Shown here: in pieces, positions 25,339 through 34,338 of the stretch | How positions within the stretch are numbered: position 1 is the stretch's first letter | Layout: each line of letters begins with the position of its first letter | NCBI GenBank assembly: GCA_900316275.1 | Contig: ONCF01000022.1 | Location: 1,957-65,956 of the forward strand | Source: an uncultured Veillonellaceae bacterium | GTDB taxonomy: Bacteria > Bacillota > Negativicutes > Selenomonadales > Selenomonadaceae | Reading direction: 5' to 3' | DNA length: 64,000 bases | Position numbers and translations under genes: made by a program | Notes under the pieces: generated by a model | The model's database searches: none | What the model was told of the DNA's origin: nothing | The model's input: only the letters and a program-made list of their open reading frames with translations

Positions 25339-27306
25339 TCAGACGCGGTAATCGACGCCTGCCGCCTCCGTCTCGGCCGCCGCCTGCTGTGCCGCCAGCG
25401 CGGTGTTCAGCTCGGCCTCATCAGCAAAGGCCTCTGCGCTCTCGCGCGTGCTGTGCAGGTTCTGCTGGTTACTGCCCTGCTGCTGCCAGCCCTGCTGACT
25501 GCTGTCCTGCTGGGGCAGCCCGCCCTCGAGGCCCGCATAGACGTCGACGTTATCCACGCGCAGGCCCTGGTTGTTCAAATCCTGCCTGAGCGCCGCGAGT
25601 GAATTCTGGATAATCGTGCGCACCTCAGTATTGTTGCTGTGGAACGAAGCGTTGACCGCACCATCAGCCCCGACCGCTACCTTGAGCGTCAGCTCGCCGA
25701 GATGTTCCGGCTTGAGATGGATGACCATCTGCGTATCGGCACCGCGGCGCAGGAGCCGTGCCTGCTCGACAATCTGCTGTGGAATCTGGTAGTCCTGCTG
25801 CACGGGAGCCTGTGGCTGTGCCGTCTGCGACGTGCTCTGCACCTGCTCCTGCAGCTGCTGTGTAAAGCTGCTGATGCCCGCCGGCTGCGTCTGGGCTGCC
25901 GTGGCCGCCGTACTGTCAGCCGGCAATGGTGTCAATGGCACCTGTGCCTGCTGCTGGCCTGTCTGGGCATCACCATGCTGGCTGGTCTGCTCCGGCATTG
26001 CCGCCGTGGCTGTCACGGCCGGCAACGGTTGAGCGGCTGCATCTGCGTCAGTGCTGGCAACGGCAGCTGGCTGCTGGTCGGTTGTGATCTGCACTGCTGT
26101 CTGGCTGGCCAGTGAAGCCAACTGCGGCTGAGCAGCTGCCTGCCGGGGCACCGACTGCGCTGCTGTCTGCACCGGCATTTCACCTGCTGCAGGCTCCACT
26201 GGCAAAGGCTGCGCCGTTAGCGGCGACGCTGCCTCTGCCGTGCCGGTCAACTGTGCTGTCGAGGTGGCTGGTGCCGCCTGCTTATCCGCAACTGACGGTG
26301 TCAATGCCTGCGCAGGGGCTGCCTGCTGCTCCAGCTGTACCGTGCCCTGTGCCAAACTATCCGTTGCCGTGGCTGCCTCAGTAGAAACTGTTGCTGTCGT
26401 CGGTGCTGTCTGACCGACCGTCGTTTGCCCATTCTGTTGCAGGAGTGACTGCAGCAGCTGCGAGCTGCGCGATGTTCCCGCAGATACGGCTGGTTGTTCC
26501 GTCTGTGGCTGCACGGCCTGCGGCTGCGAGAGCGCGGCCAGCAGACCATTCTGCCCCATCTGCTGTGCATTGGGCGCCACGACTGCCTGCAGCAGCTGCT
26601 CGGCTGTCATAGCCGGCTGCGCAGCTGCAGTGGCCTGCGGCTGCGTGTCAGCTGCTGGTGCCGCCACCAACGTCTGCAACGCCGCCGCCAGCCGGGCTAG
26701 TGACGTCTCCGTCACAGCTGCCGTCTGAGCGGCCGCTGTCGATGCAGATGCCTGAGCCGCTGCCGGTATCTGACCGGCCTGCGCCAGTTCTGCCACTGGT
26801 GTCTGTCCAGCTGCCTCCTCCGGTGCTGCCTGTGCTGTCAGCTGCTGCAGCAGCTGCGTGCTGGGTGATTGCGCCTGTGCTGCCGGTGCCTCCGGCTGCG
26901 TGAGCAGCTGTTGCACGAGCGTCATAAGCTGTGCCCAGGGCAGAGCCTCCGCCTGCGTCGGTAAATCATCATCGGCCTGTTCCTGTACGGGACCCGCCTG
27001 CTGTGCCGTAGCGTCAACCGTCTGCTTCCCTGCCTGCGGTTGCGCCGACACCTCCTTGGCCTGTGCCTGTACCGACTGTTCTGCCGCCTCGCCTGCCTGT
27101 GGCTGCCCGCCAGCCTGATCAGTGACGGCGGTAAAAGAGTTGTCTTTTGGGTCAGGGGCCGCTGCGTCCTGCTGGGCCGCTGCCTGAGTTTTGGTCAAGC
27201 GTGTCTGAAAGGAAAGCGTGCCCTGTGCTGAGGCAGCCGTTTTACTGCTGCCAGATGCCGGGGCCGCGCTCTGCGACACATTGAGCATTACATTCATAGA
27301 ATTCAT
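25339..27306 (-). CDS. fliK: Hook-length control protein FliK (655 aa)
   Basis: A long Gln/Ala/Thr/Pro-rich low-complexity region is followed by a C-terminal Flg_hook domain (QIVEQARLLRRGADTQMVIHLKPEHLGELTLKVAV...NTEVRTIIQNSLAALRQDLNNQGLRV). Confidence 0.88.
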   Translation of the reverse strand: MNSMNVMLNVSQSAAPASGSSKTAASAQGTLSFQTRLTKTQAAAQQDAAAPDPKDNSFTAVTDQAGGQPQAGEAAEQSVQAQAKEVSAQPQAGKQTVDATAQQAGPVQEQADDDLPTQAEALPWAQLMTLVQQLLTQPEAPAAQAQSPSTQLLQQLTAQAAPEEAAGQTPVAELAQAGQIPAAAQASASTAAAQTAAVTETSLARLAAALQTLVAAPAADTQPQATAAAQPAMTAEQLLQAVVAPNAQQMGQNGLLAALSQPQAVQPQTEQPAVSAGTSRSSQLLQSLLQQNGQTTVGQTAPTTATVSTEAATATDSLAQGTVQLEQQAAPAQALTPSVADKQAAPATSTAQLTGTAEAASPLTAQPLPVEPAAGEMPVQTAAQSVPRQAAAQPQLASLASQTAVQITTDQQPAAVASTDADAAAQPLPAVTATAAMPEQTSQHGDAQTGQQQAQVPLTPLPADSTAATAAQTQPAGISSFTQQLQEQVQSTSQTAQPQAPVQQDYQIPQQIVEQARLLRRGADTQMVIHLKPEHLGELTLKVAVGADGAVNASFHSNNTEVRTIIQNSLAALRQDLNNQGLRVDNVDVYAGLEGGLPQQDSSQQGWQQQGSNQQNLHSTRESAEAFADEAELNTALAAQQAAAETEAAGVDYRV

Positions 27307-27336
27307 AATGTGCTCCTGACCTCCTTTCCATAAATT

Positions 27337-27363
27337 TTATCGGCATACGCGCCGCTTTTCTTA
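27337..27363 (-). promoter_or_regulatory. Sigma-28 (FliA/SigD)-type promoter upstream of fliK
   Basis: The minus strand reads TAAG (27363-60), N15, then GCCGATAA (27344-37). The consensus is TAAA-N15-GCCGATAA/T. It lies about 31 nt upstream of the fliK ATG and its GGAAAGGAGG RBS. Confidence 0.75.
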
Positions 27364-27426
27364 AATTGAAATGCCAAACTTTCCCGCTTCAACTTTCTTT
27401 AACTGCAGGAAAAGGAGCTCTCCCTA

Positions 27427-27472
27427 GCAAAAATCCCTGCCGGAGACATAACAAACTGCCTCCCGGCAGGGA
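27427..27472 (-). terminator. Strong intrinsic terminator after the ylxF-like gene
   Basis: Minus-strand RNA UCCCUGCCGG(GAG)...(CUC)CCGGCAGGGA forms a 10-13 bp GC-rich stem (27472-63 with 27443-34), followed by UUUUU. It begins 15 nt after the stop at 27487. Confidence 0.8.
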
Positions 27473-27486
27473 ATATGACTAAAGCA

Positions 27487-28104
27487 TTATTGCTGTGTGG
27501 TGCTGTTCTCACCATTCTCGCCATTTGCGGCCTGAGCTCCGTTCTGCTGATTCTCCGGACTTACGAGGCGCTGACGGCGGCCCTCATACATAAGCCGTGT
27601 GAGCCGTCCTGCCTTGTCAGGCGTAAAGGCCGACATGACCTGCGCTGCCTGATCCTCATCCATGCGCTGCAAGATGAGAATGCAGAGGTCATCATCGAGC
27701 GTATCCATCGCATCCGCCGCATCTTTGGGCTTCATCGCATTGTAGAGGCGGGCCAGTTTCGAGACACGTTTTTTCTCCGCCGCCTCGCGCTCTTTCTGCT
27801 GCTTCTCCAGTTCCTTCTGCGAAAGCTGCAAATCCTTCTGTTTCTGCTTGCTCTCATCCACCGTCGGCGGCGTGTTCTCCACCACCGGCGTGTTTTCCGG
27901 CTCCTTGGGCGCCGGCTTGACGAAATACTGGCCGACGACCGGCAGGTTGTAGAGCCCGAGCTTTTCATTCATCGTCTGCGTATCGAAAATGCGCAGATAG
28001 ATGCCCAGGATAAAGCCGCCGACAATGAGCACCAGCAGCAGGATGAGGACCAAAATGGCCTTCAGTATGCGCTTGCCCTTGCCTTTCTTCTTTGCCTCTG
28101 CCAT
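27487..28104 (-). CDS. YlxF/FlbB-like flagellar protein with an MgtE-N-type domain
   Basis: 205 aa with a Lys-rich N-terminus plus TM helix (ILKAILVLILLLVLIVGGFILGI), a charged coiled coil, and ARLYNAMKPKDAADAMDTLDDDLCILILQRMDEDQAAQVMSAF (MgtE_N-like). It occupies the same position as ylxF in B. subtilis fla/che. Confidence 0.75.
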   Translation of the reverse strand: MAEAKKKGKGKRILKAILVLILLLVLIVGGFILGIYLRIFDTQTMNEKLGLYNLPVVGQYFVKPAPKEPENTPVVENTPPTVDESKQKQKDLQLSQKELEKQQKEREAAEKKRVSKLARLYNAMKPKDAADAMDTLDDDLCILILQRMDEDQAAQVMSAFTPDKAGRLTRLMYEGRRQRLVSPENQQNGAQAANGENGENSTTQQ

Positions 28105-28153
28105 AGTATTCCTCGCCTTCGTCTATCGGGTATACCTGTGCTGTTTTTGCCGC

Positions 28154-28774
28154 TTAGCGGTACAAATCCAGCACCTTGCTCACGTAGTTCTGCGTCTCGC
28201 TGTACGGAGGCACGCCGCCGTACTCGCGCACAGCCTGCGGGCCCGCGTTGTAGGCCGCGACCGCCTTGCGCACATCGCCGCCGAACGTGTCGAGCATCTC
28301 GTGCAGGTACTTGGCCCCGCCCTCGATGTTCTGCTGTTCGTCGTAGGGATTGACGCCGAGCGCCGCCGCCGTATCCGGCATGAGCTGCATGACGCCGATG
28401 GCGCCAACGGGCGATACCGCCGACTGCTCACCGCCCGACTCCACCTCGGCCACGGCCGAGAGCAACTTCGGATCGACGTGGTATTTCTGCGCCGCCGTCT
28501 GTACGAGCTCGCTGAGCGTGGGATTGGCCGGTGGTAAATCCGCCGTCAGTGAGGGCGCTGCTGCCTCCGCCGTGCCCTGCACGGCCGTCGGCTGCTTGGC
28601 CAGCGGCACGGAGCTGGCATCCGTCTGGTGCACCTCGCCCGTTCCCTGCTGATTAATAGCCTTTTGCAACGTGTTCTGGAACGTCATGCCCGGCACGCCG
28701 CCCGTGATGCCGAAATGGCGCTGTATCTGCGCGATACGCGTCTGGATGGCCTGCATATCGGAAATGTCTATCAT
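28154..28774 (-). CDS. Lytic transglycosylase (SLT domain) embedded in the flagellar operon
   Basis: 206 aa. The C-terminal half, LLSAVAEVESGGEQSAVSPVGAIGVMQLMPDTAAALG...AAYNAGPQAV, is a goose-type SLT motif set. Its ATG overlaps the fliJ stop (ATGA) and a GAAAGGAG RBS lies upstream. Confidence 0.88.
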   Translation of the reverse strand: MIDISDMQAIQTRIAQIQRHFGITGGVPGMTFQNTLQKAINQQGTGEVHQTDASSVPLAKQPTAVQGTAEAAAPSLTADLPPANPTLSELVQTAAQKYHVDPKLLSAVAEVESGGEQSAVSPVGAIGVMQLMPDTAAALGVNPYDEQQNIEGGAKYLHEMLDTFGGDVRKAVAAYNAGPQAVREYGGVPPYSETQNYVSKVLDLYR

Positions 28775-29232
28775 ACGGCTGCTCCTTTCCTGCGCATGAC
28801 CAGCTGCTGACCGAGCTCGTCCAGCACCTTCTGCTCTTCGTGCATGGCTGCGTCTTTATACTCCTGCAGCTTGCGCTCGCGCAGCTGCTCGATACTCTTG
28901 AGATAGCTCATGATATCCATGAGCTCCTGCAGGCGCTTCTGGCGTTCGCCGCGCCGTTGCAGGACGACCTGGTTCTGGTTCTCTATCTGCAGGCGCTTGT
29001 ACTGAAAGAAACTGTGATAGGACACAATGCGCTCCATCGGCAGTTTCGCGCCCGCCTGTGTCAGTTCATCAAAGCGTTTCTGGCTGCGCTGCATGTCGGC
29101 CAGCATCTCATCCAGCTGCTGCCGCGCCTCCTCCAGCTGACGCGCCGCATCGGCGAACGCCACCTCGGCATCTTCGCGTTTCATGCGCGTAACCTTGAGC
29201 AGCGTTTCCAACTTGAACTTGAACTTCTTCAT
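28771..29232 (-). CDS. fliJ: Flagellar export chaperone/stalk protein FliJ
   Basis: 153-aa coiled-coil protein, MKKFKFKLETLLKVTRMKREDAEVAFADA..., located directly after fliI. Confidence 0.9.
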   Translation of the reverse strand: MKKFKFKLETLLKVTRMKREDAEVAFADAARQLEEARQQLDEMLADMQRSQKRFDELTQAGAKLPMERIVSYHSFFQYKRLQIENQNQVVLQRRGERQKRLQELMDIMSYLKSIEQLRERKLQEYKDAAMHEEQKVLDELGQQLVMRRKGAAV

Positions 29233-29240
29233 TCAGGCAC

Positions 29241-30566
29241 TCACCCCGAAATCGTCAGCAGCTTCTGCTCCGTATCGGCATAGGTATCCACTTCAAAAAT
29301 GCCCTGACAGAGGAACTCGTTGATGGCGTCGATTTTCTCGATGGCCTCATCGATTTTCGCACTGGAGCCTTTGACATAGGCGCCGATATGGATGAGGTCC
29401 TCCGCGTCGTGATAGACGGCCATGAGCTGACGCATACGCTGCGAGGCCTGCAAGTGCTCTTTCGTCACGACCTCATTCATGACACGGCTCACGCTCGCGA
29501 GCACATCGATGGCCGGGAAATGGTTCTGGGCCGCGATGCCCCGCGAAAGCACGATATGACCGTCGAGGATACTGCGCACAGCATCGGCAATCGGCTCGTT
29601 CATGTCATCGCCATCGACAAGTACCGTATAGATACCCGTGATGGAGCCGCGGTCGCTCGTGCCCGCCCGCTCCAGCAGGCGCGGCAGCATGGCGAACACC
29701 GAGGGCGTGTAGCCGCGTGTGGCCGGTGGCTCGCCGACCGTGAGGCCGACCTCGCGCTGCGCCATGGCAAAACGCGTGACCGAGTCCATCATGAGGATGA
29801 CCTTGTGGCCCTGGTCGCGGAAATACTCCGCGATAGCCGTCGCGGTCATCGCGCCCTTGATGCGCACGAGCGCGGGCTGATCAGACGTCGCCACGACGAC
29901 GACAGCGCGCTTCATGCCCTCGGGCCCGAGGTCACGCTCGATGAAGTCGCGCACCTCACGGCCACGCTCGCCCACGAGCGCGATGACGCTGATATCAGCC
30001 TCTGTGTTGCGCGCAATCATGGAGAGCAGCGTGGACTTACCCACGCCAGAACCGGCCATGATGCCGATACGCTGGCCCTCGCCAAGCGTCATCAGTCCAT
30101 CGATGGCCCGCACGCCGACGTAGAGGCTGTCGTGGATGCGCGGCCGCTGCAGCGGGTCAGGCGGCGCTGCCTGCAACGGGTACTCACGCTTGCTCAGAAT
30201 AGGCCCTTTGCCATCCATCGGGTTGCCAAGGCCGTCGAGCACGCGTCCGAGCAACTCCGGCCCCACTTTGACCTTGAGCGTCTTCTGCGCCGAGACGACT
30301 TCACAGCCCGGTCCGATGCCCTGCATCTCACCGACCGGCATGAGCATGACATAGCCCTCGCGGAACCCCACAACCTCGGCCGGCAGCGGCTCGACGCCTG
30401 GGAAATGCGAACTCACATAGCAGAGCTCACCCACACTGACCGTTGGGCCCTGAGACTCGATAACGAGGCCGATGACCTGCGTGACCTTGCCCGTAAGCTT
30501 GACGGACTGGCAGCCCGCGATAGCATCTTTAAACTTCTGTGTATTGACGGCAAATGCTTCACTCAT
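29241..30566 (-). CDS. fliI: Flagellum-specific ATPase FliI
   Basis: 441 aa with Walker A GSGVGKST, Walker B ILMMDS, and F1-beta-like architecture. Confidence 0.97.
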   Translation of the reverse strand: MSEAFAVNTQKFKDAIAGCQSVKLTGKVTQVIGLVIESQGPTVSVGELCYVSSHFPGVEPLPAEVVGFREGYVMLMPVGEMQGIGPGCEVVSAQKTLKVKVGPELLGRVLDGLGNPMDGKGPILSKREYPLQAAPPDPLQRPRIHDSLYVGVRAIDGLMTLGEGQRIGIMAGSGVGKSTLLSMIARNTEADISVIALVGERGREVRDFIERDLGPEGMKRAVVVVATSDQPALVRIKGAMTATAIAEYFRDQGHKVILMMDSVTRFAMAQREVGLTVGEPPATRGYTPSVFAMLPRLLERAGTSDRGSITGIYTVLVDGDDMNEPIADAVRSILDGHIVLSRGIAAQNHFPAIDVLASVSRVMNEVVTKEHLQASQRMRQLMAVYHDAEDLIHIGAYVKGSSAKIDEAIEKIDAINEFLCQGIFEVDTYADTEQKLLTISG

Positions 30567-31360
30567 GACATGACTTCCTGCACCGCACTTTTTATCAGTT
30601 CCAGCTGCGTGGCGAGCCGGGCATCGACACTGCCGTTCGGCGTTTCGATGACGCAGTCGCCAGGGTGCAGCATCTCATCGGCCTGGATTTCCAGCGTGGC
30701 ATCTGCGCCTGTGAGCAGGCTGCGGTACTCGTCGCGCATCATGAGCACGAGGTCATAGCTCGCTGCCGGCACATGGATGATGACCTGCTGTTGGTCCTTG
30801 ACCTTGGCCAAAGCCTGCTTGACCAGCGGCAAAATGACCTGCGGTGCATCGATGAAGTGCTGTGGCAGAACCTTGTCCACCACGGCCATGGCAATGGAGA
30901 CAATCTCGTCCTCGCTGCGCTGGACATAGTCCGCCGCCGCGATATCGGCATCATGCAGCGTTTTCTGCGCCTGTTTGGCCGCATCATTGATGCTCGCTTG
31001 CATTTCCTGCCGAATCTGGGCCTCGCCGGCCTGCTGTCCGGCGGTAAAGCCTTCGTCATGACCGGCCTGCCGGGCCTTTTCCCGCGCCGCATCGATTTCC
31101 AGCTGCGCGTCTTTGATGAGCTGGTCGTAGTCGGCCTGCGCCTTTTGCCGCAGGATATCGGCCTGCACCTGCGCCTCTTTGAGCATATCGGAGGCGCGCT
31201 GTTCTTTGGCAGCAATTTCTGCCAGCATATGCTGCTGAGCTTCGGCGTCGAGCCCGCTGTTTTCGTCCTCGCCCTCGGGCTTCGGCTGCTCGGCCGGAGC
31301 TGGGGTAGCAATCGGATGCGGATCCTCGTTCCAAAGAGCAGCCTTGATAACCCTAGACAA
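30563..31360 (-). CDS. fliH: Flagellar assembly protein FliH
   Basis: 265 aa with a charged coiled-coil N-terminal half and a FliH C-domain. It overlaps fliG and fliI by 4-8 nt. Confidence 0.88.
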   Translation of the reverse strand: MSRVIKAALWNEDPHPIATPAPAEQPKPEGEDENSGLDAEAQQHMLAEIAAKEQRASDMLKEAQVQADILRQKAQADYDQLIKDAQLEIDAAREKARQAGHDEGFTAGQQAGEAQIRQEMQASINDAAKQAQKTLHDADIAAADYVQRSEDEIVSIAMAVVDKVLPQHFIDAPQVILPLVKQALAKVKDQQQVIIHVPAASYDLVLMMRDEYRSLLTGADATLEIQADEMLHPGDCVIETPNGSVDARLATQLELIKSAVQEVMS

Positions 31361-32375
31361 TCATCTCGTCTCCCTTGCCACGCGACACGACGATATCGCC
31401 CTTGTCCTCGAGGTTGCGGATGACGCCGACAATCTTCTGCTGTGCGTCCTCCACATCCTTGATCTTGACGGGGCCCATGAACTCGAGTTCTTCCTTCAGC
31501 ATATCGCCCGCACGCTTGGACATGTTCTTGTAAATCTTGTTCTTGACCTCGTCGTTCGTCGCCTTGAGCGCGAGCGAGAGGTCTTTCTGATCCACTTCGC
31601 GCAGAACCATCTGCAGCGAGCGGTCGTCGAGCTGGACGATATCCTCGAACACGAACATGAGTTTCTTGATATCCTCGGCCAGCTCCGGATTGTCCACTTC
31701 GAGCTGTTCGATGATGGCTTTCTCTGTGCTGCGGTCGGCCAGGTTGAGGATATCGACGATGGCCTTGGTACCACCAGCCGTGGTGAAATCCTGCGAGACG
31801 AACGAGGACAACTTGCGCTCGAGCACGCGCTCGATTTCGCGGATGACCTCCGGCGACGTGCGGTCCATCGTGGCAATACGCTTCGCCACATCGGCCTGCG
31901 CATCCGGCGGCAGCGAGGAGAGTACCGTCGCAGCCTGATCGGCATCCAAATAAGCCATGATAAGCGCAATCGTCTGCGGATGTTCGTTCTGAATAAAGTT
32001 GAGCAGCTGGCTGGGGTCGGTCTTGCGCAGGAACTCGAACGGCCGCACCTGCAGGCTCGTGGTCAGGCGGCCGATAATCTCGCTCGCCTTGTCGGCGCCC
32101 AGCGCCTTTTCGAGTACATTCTGTGCATACTCGAGGCCACCCGTGGAGATATAGTCCTTGGCCATGGCCATCTGATAGAACTCGCTGATGACCGCCTGCT
32201 TCAGCTCGGCACTGACCTGCTTGTGGTTGGCGATGCCGAGCGTGATTTTCTCGATTTCGTCATCATCCAGATGCTGGAACAGCTTGGCCGAATACTCCGG
32301 TCCCAAAGCGATGAACAGGATGGCCACCTTATCCTCATTGGAGAGCTCCTCGCCACCGGTATCGTACATATCCAT
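31353..32375 (-). CDS. fliG: Flagellar motor switch protein FliG
   Basis: 340 aa with EDKVAILFIALGPEYSAKLFQHLDDDEIEKI and the C-terminal torque helix region. Confidence 0.97.
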   Translation of the reverse strand: MDMYDTGGEELSNEDKVAILFIALGPEYSAKLFQHLDDDEIEKITLGIANHKQVSAELKQAVISEFYQMAMAKDYISTGGLEYAQNVLEKALGADKASEIIGRLTTSLQVRPFEFLRKTDPSQLLNFIQNEHPQTIALIMAYLDADQAATVLSSLPPDAQADVAKRIATMDRTSPEVIREIERVLERKLSSFVSQDFTTAGGTKAIVDILNLADRSTEKAIIEQLEVDNPELAEDIKKLMFVFEDIVQLDDRSLQMVLREVDQKDLSLALKATNDEVKNKIYKNMSKRAGDMLKEELEFMGPVKIKDVEDAQQKIVGVIRNLEDKGDIVVSRGKGDEMIV

Positions 32376-33971
32376 TTATTCGTCCTCCGACAGCCAGGTC
32401 TTGATGAGCATTGCCACCTCGGCCGGCTTCTCATTGATGAGTCTCTGGATGGTCTGCTTCTCATCGAGATGACGCTGCTCTTCTTCTGTGAGCTCTTCAC
32501 CATCGACTTCGCCATTAGCCACAGCAGCAGCACGGATTTCTGCCAAACGGGCTTCCTCCTCCTGACGCTTGCGCTCGGCCTCGAGACGAGCCTCTTCCTC
32601 CTGCTGCTTCTTGCGGCGATAGAGATAGATGGCACCGCCAATCATCGCGAGCACGAGCAGGATACCTGCCAGCTGCATGTAGAAAATGCGGTTCTGCCGG
32701 TCCTTTTCGGCCTGGCGTGCCAGTTCTTCCTGATCACGGAACTCCGTGCTGAACGGCAACGGCTCCACGGAGATTGTGTCGCCGCGGTCCTGATTGATAC
32801 CGGCCGCGCTCGTGACGGACTGCATAATGCTGTCCTGCTGCGCACTGATGGATTCATCGACGAGTACCGCCACATTCAGGCGCTTGATGGAGCCCGGCGA
32901 GGCGATGATTTTCTCTTTTTCCTCGTTGATTTCGTAGTTCTTCGTGGATTCCTTCTTGGAGTAGTCCGCATTCGCGTTGCCCGTCTGGGCCACATAGCCC
33001 GGCACATTGGACTCTACGCCCGCTGCGCCGCCGGGGTTTGTCGACGTACCCTGATACGTCTCGTTGATATTCTGCTCACTGCGAATGATACCGGAGTCGT
33101 CAACCACCGGCGTGAACGTCTGACGGTCCGTCTGATGGTCATCAAAGTCGAGCTCCGCGCTCACGCGTGCCACAGCCTTGCCCTTGCCCAGCGTCTGGTC
33201 CAGCATGGTCTGGATGCGGTGCTGGATATTGTCCTCGACCTTTTTCGTCATTTCGAGCTGGGTCAGCGTCTTGACGCCCACGCTCTGCTCGTCCTGCTCA
33301 TCGGGGTCATTGAGGATGCGGCCCGTCTCGTCGACAACCGTGATATTCTCCGGCTGCAGGCCCTGGATGCTGTGCGCCGCCAGGTTGACGATGCCCTTGA
33401 TTTCCTTCTTCGTGAGCTCCGCATTCGGCTTCAGACGCAGCATAATGGAGGCCGTCGCCGGCTTCTCGTTCTTCTTGTAGAGGCTGTCCTCGGGCAGCAC
33501 GATGTGCACGCGGCATTTCTCCACCGCGTCCAGCTGTTCGATGGTGCGTGTCAGCTCCCCCTGCAGCGCCTGCAGATAGTTGACCTTGTTCTGGAACTCC
33601 GTCACGCCCAGCTTGTTGTCATCGAAGATTTCAAAGCCCTTCTGGCCGCGCGGCAGGTTATTCGTCGCCATGCTCAGGCGCTCGTCATGTACCTTATCCG
33701 CCGGTACCAGGATGGTCGTACCCTGTTTGTTCTCCTCGACCTTGTAGTTGACCTTGTCCTCTTTCAGCTTCGCCGCGACCTCACCGGCATCCTTGGACTC
33801 CATATTGGTGAACAAGGGTACCATGTCCGGCTTGCTGCCATACCAGAAACTGATGCCTAGTATCGCAATGAGGAGTGCCAAGGCGGTACCCAGCATGATA
33901 TAGCGCTGGCGTTTACTGAAGCGCTCCAGCAGCTTCTGATACCGCTCTTTCCAATCTCCCATACTGTCCAT
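32376..33971 (-). CDS. fliF: MS-ring protein FliF
   Basis: 531 aa with two TM segments flanking the YscJ/FliF periplasmic domain. Confidence 0.96.
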   Translation of the reverse strand: MDSMGDWKERYQKLLERFSKRQRYIMLGTALALLIAILGISFWYGSKPDMVPLFTNMESKDAGEVAAKLKEDKVNYKVEENKQGTTILVPADKVHDERLSMATNNLPRGQKGFEIFDDNKLGVTEFQNKVNYLQALQGELTRTIEQLDAVEKCRVHIVLPEDSLYKKNEKPATASIMLRLKPNAELTKKEIKGIVNLAAHSIQGLQPENITVVDETGRILNDPDEQDEQSVGVKTLTQLEMTKKVEDNIQHRIQTMLDQTLGKGKAVARVSAELDFDDHQTDRQTFTPVVDDSGIIRSEQNINETYQGTSTNPGGAAGVESNVPGYVAQTGNANADYSKKESTKNYEINEEKEKIIASPGSIKRLNVAVLVDESISAQQDSIMQSVTSAAGINQDRGDTISVEPLPFSTEFRDQEELARQAEKDRQNRIFYMQLAGILLVLAMIGGAIYLYRRKKQQEEEARLEAERKRQEEEARLAEIRAAAVANGEVDGEELTEEEQRHLDEKQTIQRLINEKPAEVAMLIKTWLSEDE

Positions 33972-34013
33972 CCCTTCGCGTAATCTCTGTGCTCAAACCT
34001 GCTCAAGCAGTCA

Positions 34014-34316
34014 TCACACCTGCATGCGCATGATCTCCTGATAGGCTGACACAGCCCGGTTGCGGACCTGCAGCGTGAGCTGCAGCGCGATATCCGCCTT
34101 CTGGCTGGCCACGACCACAGCCGAGACATCGTCGATACGTCCCGCTGCCAGCAGGGCATTCTGTTTATCCGACTCCAGCTGCAGTTTATTGGTCTCTTTC
34201 AACGCGTCCACCAGGTAGTCGCCAAAGCTTTTCGTGGTGACAGGCGGCTGTGTTTCGCCGAGATGGCTCTCCGCGGCCATCGTCACCGGCGTCATCTGCA
34301 AAGCTTGAATTTCCAT
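34014..34316 (-). CDS. fliE: Hook-basal body complex protein FliE
   Basis: 100 aa; ...FGDYLVDALKETNKLQLESDKQ...LQLTLQVRNRAVSAYQEIMRMQV is typical of FliE. Confidence 0.93.
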   Translation of the reverse strand: MEIQALQMTPVTMAAESHLGETQPPVTTKSFGDYLVDALKETNKLQLESDKQNALLAAGRIDDVSAVVVASQKADIALQLTLQVRNRAVSAYQEIMRMQV

Positions 34317-34338
34317 GCTCTATTCCTCTCCACGCACG

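Noticed and set aside
25900-27200. Highly repetitive CTGC/GCAG-rich DNA that might be a CRISPR array or satellite repeat
   Set aside because: There is no regular repeat-spacer periodicity. It is the coding sequence for the Gln/Ala-rich low-complexity region of FliK.
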